DNA of 64,000 bases. It comes from Lytechinus pictus (Eukaryota). The notes under the pieces are model-generated. The model was not told the origin of the DNA. It saw only the letters and a list, made by a program, of their open reading frames with translations, and did no database searches. This document shows positions 53,650-64,000 of this stretch, piece by piece. Numbering within the stretch: the first letter of the stretch is position 1; each line of letters begins with the position of its first letter. A program made the position numbers and the translations under genes. The stretch spans positions 33,604,001 to 33,668,000 of the forward strand of contig NC_087246.1 in assembly GCF_037042905.1 (NCBI RefSeq), read 5' to 3'.

Positions 53650-54534
53650 TATGTGGGGAAAATGTAGAACGCTGGACATTTATTATTCAGCTGGCATGCC
53701 TCTGAGCACTTGCCACGCACTCGGAATAAACTCATACGAAACTCGCTGTAATTCGGGGTGCTCGATCTAAAGTCGCGCTAATCTCGTGGGCACCTCCACT
53801 TGACTCGTAAAACGATCGCAATGCTCGTATCTCGCTCTTGAAAACTCGGAACGCACTCGCGTATACTCAGATGTGGCGAGTTATTACGAGTTATTGTGAG
53901 TTTATCTCGAGCTTCTTACGAGTTATTGCGAGTACTGCGAGTATATAACGAGTTTAGGTGAGTTCAGCACGAGTTACAGCGAGTTAGCAAAATTTTTGAA
54001 CATGTTCAAAAATTTTGAAACTGCTCACGACTTCAAGGAGAGTTGTCCCGAGCTTGAACGAGCTCCGCCGAGCCATGCCGAGTTGTCGCGAGTTATCCCG
54101 AGTTTCATGGTGAGCTTTATGCGAGTTATCGCGAGTGCCTCATTTTGGCAACTCGCTATAACTCGCCATAACTCGCGATGTTAACTCGCCAAAGTGGAAA
54201 CCTTGCTTAACTCGCCATAACTCGCGATGTTAACTCGCCAAAGTGGAAACCTTGCTTGCCTTCTCTATCTGACTACGATAAAAGCACAATTTCCAGGGTC
54301 TCAAAATGACTTGCGCCAAAATACAGGACATGACTGGTCACTGAGTGTAACACGTACGTGCAACAAAGGCATTAGTCAAACATGTCTGAAGTACTGGTAA
54401 TCAAATGATTTGTTCGATTTAATTACGATAGGGGTTGGGCCTTTACTTTCGCGCTTGTTTTTGTTGCAACTTGCAACTGCGAAATGTTCATGTAGGTTAA
54501 CTTATATAACCGACAACTATATAGTGTATTTATA

Positions 54535-55913
54535 GGGTGTCTGGAAAACGAAGACCGAAGACCGGGGACTCATATCACACTCGTGTGAAAGCGTTTGTAG
54601 TTCACGCCCAGTGTGTACAAAGCAGTGCAAAGTGTGTACAAAACACGCGCGCGGGTTAGAATGGACTTTGGACCTTGCCCCGACACATGTTCTCCCATTG
54701 ACAATGCACGGGTCCCCGGTCTTCGATCTTCGTTTTCCAAACCCGTTGTTGGGTGTCTGGAAAACGAAGACCGAAGACCGGGGATCGCATTCGTTTAGCT
54801 AAGATACCACTTATAAATGTCATTATGAAGGCCTCTATTATTCAGCTCAAATTCAAGAATATTCTGATCTAGAATACATTAATGTCACTAATTGGCTAAT
54901 AATGAAGTCATGTTAATTGCTTGTGTCAATAAATAGTATAGTTAGACCAGTTGAAGCGGGATAGGTCTCCCATTTTACACCACTATTCCACTGAGACAAG
55001 TAACAAACTCCAGTAATCAATCAGACCAGTTTCAAATTTCCAGTTAGAGGTTAACTCTAGACCAGTAATTTCAGACCAGTTTAATTCTTAACTGGTCCAG
55101 TAAAGTGAACTCGACCAGTTAGACCAGTATGCCGTTTTTCCATTTTCCAGAATTACATTCTGTGAACTGGTTTTTCCTTCTTAATTGGCTGACATTAATT
55201 TGCAATTTTACTACCATTGACATAACGCATGTCTCCGGTCTTCGGTCTTCGTTTTCCAAACCTGTTGTTGGGTGTCTGGAAAACGAAGACCGAAGACCGG
55301 GGATCGCGTCAATTCGTCTAGCTAAGATAGGCCTATAATATTCAGCACCAGTTTAAGAATATTCTGATCTTGGATACGTCATCAGCTATGATTGGCTGCG
55401 GATAAGTTATGGTTATTTGTGTGAATTTCGTTATCAGCTAGGGCATGATATTAAGGATAACGTACATATTTCACCCACGGAATTCAGCCATTGCAATTCT
55501 GAAAACTGTCATAAAACTGAAAACTTGCATACAATACACCTCATACTGCGCAATCACGTACAAGCAGACTCAACTCAACTGGCGTTTGCAACCGATTTAC
55601 TACCATTGACATTACGCATGTCCCCGGTCTTCGGTCTTCGTTTTCCAAACCTGTTGTTGGGTGTCTGGAAAACGAAGATCGAAGACCGGGGACCCGTGCA
55701 TTGTCAATGGGAGAACATGTGTCGGGGCAAGGTCCAAAGTCCATTCTAACCCGCGCACGTGTTTTGTACACACTTTGCACTGCTTTGTACCATGGACCTA
55801 TTACGAATAGGTCCATGTTTGTACACACTTCGGGCGTGAACTACAAACGCTTTCACACGAGTGTGATATGAGTCCCCGGTCTTCGGTCTTCGGTCTTCGT
55901 TTTCCAGACACCC
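54535..55913. mobile_element. MULE/foldback-type non-autonomous element
   Basis: ~250-bp near-perfect inverted arms starting GGGTGTCTGGAAAACGAAGACC; perfect 9-bp TSD GTATTTATA (54526-54534 and 55914-55922). Confidence 0.9.
55791..55817. mobile_element. 27-bp palindromic transposon remnant, same family
   Basis: CATGGACCTATT-ACG-AATAGGTCCATG flanked by TTTGTAC (55784-55790 and 55818-55824); empty site present in the opposite foldback arm near 54611-54625. Confidence 0.9.
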
Positions 55914-56351
55914 GTATTTATATTATATCCAGCTAACTTTACAGTTTGGGGATTTTAAGTAAACTTATTGCTGCAACCATCTCGATCGTAGATGGCAGTA
56001 TAATTAAAAATACTTCGTATTCTTAACAAATATACCAACGACTAAATCGAGTTAAATTGTTACTAAACCGAATAAATCTTGCTAAGATTAAAAGGTGTTT
56101 GCGTCTGTGTGAGGGACTTGCTGTGATAAAACCTTGGATTATTGAACAGTTTTAGGAGCTGAAGGGAAAGAGAAGACTTCCTGATGAATCATCATTAGAA
56201 AGGAGGGCATCTGGATTTTTTCATAAACGCACCTCTTTTTACCCCAAAACGTAGGCCTATACTCGTGTTCAAAATGATTTTCGCGAAGAAGCTCTTTTCC
56301 AAATTATCATGACTGGTTTTAATGTTTATCATGTCAACTGTATATTATGTT

Positions 56352-56527
56352 CCACGCGGAACGGTTTTCAAGGTGGGGGCTGAGCCAAAAGTGGGGGGGC
56401 TGACCATGCAAAAAATCACAATCGTATGGTCATTTTTACGTTTTTGTACATGAATTTGGAAAAAAGTGGGGGGGGGGGCTGAAGCCCCCCGCAGCCAACC
56501 CCCCCCCCCCCCGCTTCCGCGGCCCTA
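56352..56527. mobile_element. G/C-run MITE (hAT-like, cgcggaa...ttccgcggccct)
   Basis: Imperfect TIRs with repeated gggggctga motifs. Confidence 0.5.
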
Positions 56528-58442
56528 GTAATGGAAATCAGTCTTTGAAACTGTTTTGGCTTTTTTACCGTGTATATCTTACCAATATTAGAGGCGCCAT
56601 CAACATTTTAGTGAGCTCCAGGTTTTTTGGTATAGAGAAACTACAGATAAATGCTCTTTGAAGAGGATAAGATATGTTTCAATACAAAGCATCTGATTTT
56701 TTACAAGCATGATCTCAAAATTATATCAAGGAAAGGATAAATTGTTGATATCCATAAATGTTCTATCAACAATGAAAAGGATCAATTAATTGGGATCTTA
56801 ATACAGATTTAGGCCTATGTATATATGATATACGACCATGATATTTCTTAAATTAAAGAGTAAAATCAACCTTCGATAATTTTGTAATAGACATACATGC
56901 AACCATAGTGAGCAAAATCTAACGCGACAAGATATACCTACCATATTCCAAATCAAATGTTTCCTCCTTTACAAGATCTGAAGGCGGCACATCACGAAGG
57001 CTTGAAAGACACCCTCCAACAGCTCCCGAAGTGTTGAGTATTCCTAGTCTATTACCCCCAATCGGGACTGATCCTCATACCTCTTTCACACCTATATAGG
57101 GAACATAATGCTCCGACTTCAACCAAAGAGCACAAAATATGGTAATAGATTTGATTTGTGTGGATTATGGAGTTGGCAATTAATTAGTTAGGAAGAGGGT
57201 GAAGGAAATTAGCTAATGAAGAAAAAATGTCACCTGTAAGGTTTACATAGGGCGATGATACATGAGCATGTGCAGAATATACGGAGCACGAATGTTTCAT
57301 CATTCATCTCAACATTCGTCGTTATTATTATCATCGACAGTAAACGTGTTCATCTGTGTGTGTAAACTTCAAGTCAGATGACTGATAGGAGCACTGTGTT
57401 TGAAGTTGAGACAAGCTAATTTCCGAAGGGGATGTGGATGTTGTGCAGGGATAAATATAGATTCATGTTTCGTGAATTTGCCAATTCTCACTACGCTGTA
57501 TAAGGGACTCTTAGGTATCATTATCAATGTTTTACCTCTCGATCCCTTTTGCTTTGAAATATTGGAAAGTGCAAAGCAAAAATGTTTTCGCACTGTCTAC
57601 AGCAGTAGCAGTTTTCGTGATATTATACGAATGCTTTTGGAGTAATGATATGACGTTAGATAATGTTTTTTAATCGAAAGGCATTTTTTAAAACCATCAT
57701 CATTAAAAATCCATGAAATAATATGAAACATTATTTTTGTAAGTGTGTGTGTGTGAGGGTGATGGAGATTTTGCGTGACCGTGAGGGGCTGTGTGAGCGT
57801 GTGTGTGTGTGTGTTTGTCGATGCATACATGTATATTCGACAGGAAGGTCGCGATTAGACTAGCTACATCAAGTGGTCATTTGGAATCAACTTAAGTACT
57901 AAGGCGTCGAACGATGGCGTAACTCAAGATCATAAAATTTGCAGCGGGATTTCCTACAGGCCTTCAACAACTGAATGGTCCTTCTAATTGCCCCTGTCTT
58001 GTTAAATCTCTTTTAAGATTAGACCATCCAATCCATCAAGTTAGCGTTTCCGATTAGAGATTCGATTCACGTCAACACAAGGTTTAACTGTCTTCAAATT
58101 ACTTACATTAATAAGGAAATTGAAACATCTTCCTTATCTTAACGGTCAATCGGTATTTGGTGTTTGTCAACTCTGCCGACTTACTCTTAGTTTGATTCAA
58201 GATATTTTACACTTAGGGAGACTGATCACTTAGGGGATTATTATTAGCAATAAGTAATTATAAGCAAATATGCATTACGCGTTAAAATTTTTGACAAGAA
58301 TGAAAACATGGAATCGGACATCGGTCATGAACTTCATTTTGTATCGTTGGTCAAACTTTCAAGGATTAATTTGTTCCTCACAATTTGGTGGGATGCACCA
58401 TGTGAAAATATACATGTATAACGAATCGCTGTTAAATACCTG

Positions 58443-58804
58443 GTGGGTGTTTCATAAAGCTGTTTGTAAGATACGAGCGACTTTACAAACGAACGATGAG
58501 TGAATTTTTTTCTTGTGGGAAATGATTTTCACCATATTTTGATAGGTGTTGATTTCATTCCCAAGAAAGAATTAGTCTGCAGGCACAGACCCTGATTGAA
58601 ACTTTGATCAACAAGTGTGTCTATACGCAAAGACTAGCACATACAAAAAATTGCCGTCAGTACACAATTTGGCATGAGTAGGCTGCACATTCAGACCCTT
58701 AACTCGAGTGAAGGGTTTGCACAGCAGACTAAGAAAGAATCGCCAGTCGTTCTATTAAGTCGCTCGAAACTGATTATTTTTGAACAGCTTTATGAAACAA
58801 CCAC
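58443..58804. mobile_element. MITE, same TIR family, with extra internal sequence
   Basis: TIRs gtgggtgtttcataaagctgtt / aacagctttatgaaacaaccac. Confidence 0.7.
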
Positions 58805-59372
58805 CAGGTGTGTTCGAGGAGAGCTATTTGGGGAGATAATCAGTCGAACAGGTTTTACGTAGAACAAGTTTGAAGAAGACAAAATTAAGAACCGTGTTCG
58901 TTACCTTGATACATCAATTTAAGGGTGCCCCTACCACACCCGTCCTTTTCCTCATAGCCTTGACCGTCAGATTATATACCAACTGCTTTCATCCTCTTAG
59001 CGATCGAATGAAGTTTAAGTTTGAAAACGAAATTGGTAGAACTGATGAGTAATCGCTCCTCTTAATGAGTCCATAAATAGAACTATCACTGGCAATTGCC
59101 TGTGGCTTCTTGATTTATACATTGATAGCATGAAATACAACCACATCTAGATATCATAATGAATGATATTATTAAGATGATTCGTATTGATTTGTTCATT
59201 TAATTCGATTTATTTTCACGTTTGTTCCTTCGTTTATCTGAGTTTATTTCTGCGTATGGTGATTTGATATAGAGTAATATAATATTACAGAGAAATGCAT
59301 AAATACGTGGAGACTTTACTCTAACAACAATATATATTTTCATGTGGGAATTCAGTTTTAATAACAAGATAA

Positions 59373-59685
59373 TGGGCAGTTTCGCTCCAGGACGCACGAC
59401 AAATTCAAGAACATAGAAAATATACTGTCAATTGCCCTTCATGCAATGAACAACCAAGAAGTCTTTGTCGAATAATGGTGAATCAAAAGAGTTTTGTCCC
59501 GGGCTCTGGACAAACGACATATTTGTAGTTTTCGTCAGCTCCGAAACTTAGGACGAAACTGCTATTCCGTTTCACCAATTTTCGACAAAGACCTCCCATG
59601 CAGCTGTTCATTGTTATTTGACGGGCATTATCAATACATTTATTGTATTCTTGAATCTGTCGTGCGTCACGGAGCGAAAACTCTT
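59373..59685 (+). mobile_element. ~300-bp MITE family, copy 5
   Basis: Same core; right end gcgaaaactc. Confidence 0.7.
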
Positions 59686-59769
59686 CAATTTGTGACGTCA
59701 GGAGACCGTTATCATGAACATGTTTCTTGTTGTCGATGGCGGCGTCATGTCGACGTGGTTTATGCATGT

Positions 59770-60044
59770 GTACTGTACAAAAATATTGGGTAAAAGTTTA
59801 ACCAGCACGAGGTAACTATATGTGTCCAACCAATTTAGGTATTTTAGTATTTTAGTATTTTACCCAATGCGGGAAGCATATTGTCCAGTATGGTTAAAAA
59901 AATAAGCAAGCAGAAATTACTTTAGAATGGGCGAAATTTTCATTACTCTGGATAAATAAAAATGCCCGAAAAAAATGCCCAATGTTGGTTGGACACATAA
60001 TTACCCTCATGGAGCATTTTTACCCAATATATTTCTAGAGCGTA
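59770..60044 (+). mobile_element. CACT-type MITE, left member of an inverted pair
   Basis: Reverse complement of 60162-60410. Confidence 0.7.
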
Positions 60045-60161
60045 TAGGTTTAGGGTTTATGGAATGTCTTTTATGGCTGAAGGCTATTGTGTTCTGGTAA
60101 ACGCAATTCCCTTGCATTTGTTGTCAATAAGAACAGTGAAAAGTGAATGACGTGCAAACCC

Positions 60162-60410
60162 ACACTCTCCAAAAAATATTGGTTAAAAGTGCTCCATGGG
60201 GGTAATTATGTTTCCAACCAACAGTGGGCATTTTTATTCATCCAGTGTAATAGAAATTTCGCCCATTCTAAAGTAATTGCTGCTTGCTAATTTTTTTTAA
60301 CCATACTGGACAATATGCTTCCCGCATTGGGTAAAATACTGCCCCAAAATTGGTTGGACACATTATTACCCTCTTGCTGGTTAAAATTTTACCCAATATC
60401 TTTACAGTAC
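60162..60410 (-). mobile_element. CACT-type MITE, right member of an inverted pair
   Basis: Reverse complement of 59770-60044. Confidence 0.7.
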
Positions 60411-62905
60411 ATGCATAATTATGTTTAAATCGAAATCAATAGGATAATTTTGAGAAGACTCTGGAACCAGTGCACGTGATGACGAGACACAACTTATCAA
60501 GATTGTTTCCCCAGACAGATTGCCTGCCTGTACCCTTGGGTGTGTGAGCAGACGACATCGACGCATCATTGTTTTTAATCCCACCATAGCTTATGGCTAA
60601 CATTGGTGGGACCTTTTTAAACATTATCGTGATCGAGGTGTGAGAGAAAATGCTCCTAGTATGTGCTTTCTGAAATTCATACGATTCAATAAACAGGCTT
60701 CCCCAATGAGCCAATACTTTCATCATAAATGTGTAAAACATTGTGACCAAAGCGTTGGAAGAAAGAGTTTTCTGAGATTTAAACATGCAGGCCTTTGAAG
60801 TTCATGAATATGAATCCCTGACACCTGAGTCTTTCAGGGAGATCACAACAAAGAATTACTTTCTAATTTCAATGCAGAAATATGATCCAAATCAACTTGA
60901 TTAATTCTTCTCCAAGAAATACAGGGCATTTGAAGTGGAAGGACAGAAAAATTAATTTTGTTGTTGTTGTCTTAAGAGTAATAATTACCATCAAGCGGCC
61001 TTGTTGCGTTATGACGAATCTACAATCAGGAATTTAAGACTTATCTTGTTTGTTGTTCAACATTATTTTGTTAAAAGCACGCGCCTTTCTAAATTTTACA
61101 CTTTCTTGAAGATTCTACTTTCATATTCTATAGTTTTATGAAATTATGATAGGTCAGTAAGGAAAAGATAGATGTTCAAATGAAAAGGGAAATGAATGGC
61201 TGATATTCGGTTGCATTGTAGGTTGATATTGGAGGATCTGCATGATGATGTACATTGTACATTGATCCTTTTTAATCTTGCAGTAAAAAGTAGATTTAGA
61301 AAATGTATGAAGGACCCCCCCCCCCCCCCCACCTTCTCCGAATGTGTACTTTTATGCAGTGGGAGAGGAGAAAGGGAAAAAATATAGAAAACAAAATCAA
61401 TAACTGGAACTGGATTAAAAAAAAAAACCATAGGACAAGAGGCGCGGGAACACAAAGACAAGACAAATTGAAATGAATTGACGTGAAAAAAACCCCGACA
61501 TTATGAAGAAAAGAAGCGTTACAAAGGGGGGATGAAAATGAAAATAAATAAAGGAAAGAAAGAAAAGAGGAGAAATATAAACAAAACAAAGGCAATAATA
61601 AGAAACAACTACGACAGAATGACTTACAACGTCACCCTCTAAAAATGAAAGATATCGACATAATATGAAGTAGATGAAGCAAAAGACAAAACTAAAACAC
61701 ATGGATAGAAGAGCTTCTTGCAGTGCCACTATTCATAAATAATATCATTTCAAAAATATACTGATTAACGGTCATAAGACCGTTCTGGGGGTGAAAATCA
61801 CGGTCATATGAAAGACCCTAAAACACGCATGATGTTTTCCGCTGAAAGCTACAAAATTAGAATTCACGAGTTCTGTCCCCAGTTCTATAACCTTTGGCGG
61901 AAATTTTCCCTAATAAAAATGCAGGAAATGATTGCTTATCTTTCATAAATCGTAGGATTCTTCTGATCCTAATCACCTCGTGATGATTTTGATAAAAATA
62001 AGGGGAAAAGAGAGCAGGGGGTGGAGACAGGTTTTTATAAAAGAGGGGGCACAGAAAATACTCCAATTTCTTTCAGAATTCACACAAATTTGTCTTCAAC
62101 CACAAAAGGGGCGCAACAGGCTCCAAAGAAAATCTTTATCTGATAAAACTGTTCTCACTGTAGAAAAAAGGCGCTTCTTGAAAGGCGGGGGTGGGTTAAG
62201 AAAAATAGATCACTTGAAGGTGTATCATAAAGACGTTCGTAAGCTAAAAGTGATTTGACGCACTCATGGTGGCACGTAAATGTTTGGCAAATAAGGTTCG
62301 CTGTTATTTTGAAGTTCACCAGCGAAAGTCGATATCCGATCTTTGTATATATTTTTAACTAGCTTTTAAATGCCAGTTTATCATCGTTAAATCTAATTGT
62401 GTTTGTAAGAAATCAATTCACATGCACCATGTCGAAAAATATGGGAAAAGTGGGGTATTTCATATAACATAAGAATGTGTGAACGTAGTCAAAGTAGTGA
62501 GTACTTTTCAGCGAAGTCATATATAGAGTAATTAATTGAGATTATTTCATTCAAGTATCGTTTATATAATTCTATTTGCACTTCAGTTAAAACTCACTTC
62601 ATAACTTGAGCTTTGCCGGTAATATGTCGGAAATCTTACTTAAACTAGAGGTGATTAACCATATTATGTTAATTCTAGATTGGCTGTAATTGGCATACGG
62701 TTTTCCTAGTGTGGAAAATATACGCTTTTCTTTAAAGAGCTGAAAGGTGTTTCCTCCGAGCCTTCAAAAACATGACCCTTTTAAAGTAAAGTGTGCCTAC
62801 TTTATGTATAACTATACTTTATATTTTTTTATCATTACCATTATCATGATTATGGTTATCATTGCCTTTTTTCATTTCTTTTCATTCTTTTTCAAAATTA
62901 TCATC

Positions 62906-63047
62906 NNNNNNNNNNNNNNNNNNNNNNNNNNNNNNNNNNNNNNNNNNNNNNNNNNNNNNNNNNNNNNNNNNNNNNNNNNNNNNNNNNNNNNNNNNNNNNN
63001 NNNNNNNNNNNNNNNNNNNNNNNNNNNNNNNNNNNNNNNNNNNNNNN
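62906..63047. other. N run (gap or masked simple repeat)
   Basis: 142 N flanked by atc/gtc triplets. Confidence 0.95.
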
Positions 63048-64000
63048 ATCGTCGTCGTCGTCTTAGTGCCATTCCATTCTCCTTTTTCTTCCCCCTCTGC
63101 TTCAAACTCGTCATTTTTTTCTCTCTCAATCATTCGAAAATCTACAATCTTCCTCCTATCCGTGCATCCCGTTCTTATTCTTCATATTTTTTCTTCAATT
63201 TATTATTTCCGCTCAGGGATTCAATGGTTCCGACCCCTGTCATCATTCCCGGTGAGGAGCAGAAAGATACATCCTCTTTATGTAATATCACACCGGCTGG
63301 ACAGGTCACTTAACAGCGCGTCCGTCCTTAATATAAATTTTCTTGTTTTTCAAAGTCCGCGCCTATTTTAAGGTCGTCTGCTTGAAATTTCAAACGGATT
63401 ATCTTACGCGCGGGTCACTGATCGATATTTGAACCAATTTGCAACCACCCCAATTCCACCAAGTTTTTTGTCCTCTTCATAAATCAATTCAGGATCTTCA
63501 TCTTGGAACTATAACGATTGCATGAAAACTTAACTCGACCCCGCTCCACCTTAAGTTGGAAGTAAACCCTATAAAAATTTAAAAAGTTATCAATTTTTTT
63601 TTATTTGTGACATCATAATTATGCGAGTAGCTTTTTCATATCGTGTAATTATAAAAATCAATAATTTTTTCTCGAAAAGAAAAAAAGATAAATTCATCAT
63701 CATAAACCATTAAAAATATAAAATTTATGCATTTTATATTACATAACATGTGGGGCAGATTATAACGTCATAAATAACAATTTGAAAAAAAAAACTATCA
63801 AATTCTAATAACTTTCTTAATCTTTGATGGATTTTCCTCGAACTTTCACCAATACTTTTATCATTTTCTGGTATTATTTCAACAAACTTTTATCAGGATG
63901 AATTTCCCCTTTAGATTTTTTGAAGCTTCATTCTGAAGATGGGGTAAATAAGACCTACAACTTGTAAGCTGGAGACAATAATACTTGAATTTCCAGAACA

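Larger units (their letters stand above)
50820..54207. mobile_element. Composite PIF/Harbinger-type element, inner copy B
   Basis: Same TIRs; perfect TAA TSD (50817-50819 and 54208-54210); colinear with copy A. Confidence 0.9.
47140..54256. mobile_element. Composite non-autonomous PIF/Harbinger-type element, outer copy A (47140-50819 plus 54211-54256)
   Basis: 25-bp TIR AGCAAGGTTTCCACTTTGGCGAGTT; preceded by TAA; dense cgag/ctcg subterminal repeats. Confidence 0.85.

Noticed and set aside
50654-54184. Duplicated ORF MNMFKNFETAHDFK...
   Set aside because: Lies in the cgag-rich subterminal repeats of the Harbinger-type element, with no protein-like features
54535-55913. CRISPR-like appearance of recurring palindromic repeats
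   Set aside because: Spacers are hundreds of bp and related to each other, there are no cas genes, the context is eukaryotic, and a 9-bp TSD identifies a foldback transposon
60436-60786. 116-aa minus-strand ORF
   Set aside because: At best weakly resembles a decayed LINE ORF2 C-terminus (MFYTF...HWGS...AHTRSIF); not enough to call a gene or an element

Overview
AT-rich, repeat-dense animal genomic DNA with spliceosomal introns. The repeat repertoire suggests an echinoderm such as a sea urchin (inference). The only clearly supported host genes are two tandem, + strand, four-coding-exon short-chain dehydrogenase/reductase (SDR) paralogues of the RDH8/17beta-HSD1-like group. Copy 1 (23442-27767, 294 aa) is intact. 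Copy 2 (32170-34937) is intact except for a 23-bp palindrome with a 7-bp target-site duplication (TSD) at the end of coding exon 1, which adds in-frame TAA-TAG. The same CATGGACCT...GGTCCATG micro-palindrome with a 7-bp TSD occurs at 55791, where the empty site is visible in the other arm of a foldback element, and in degenerate form at 4963. These look like excision footprints of a P-superfamily transposon. The rest of the window is mobile DNA: a 3.4-3.7 kb composite PIF/Harbinger-type element inserted into a sister copy of itself (47140-54256), a MULE-like foldback (54535-55913), many MITEs, LINE 3' fragments, a split tRNA-SINE, a Penelope-like hammerhead remnant, microsatellites and two N runs. 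All coordinates were read by eye and no database searches were run.
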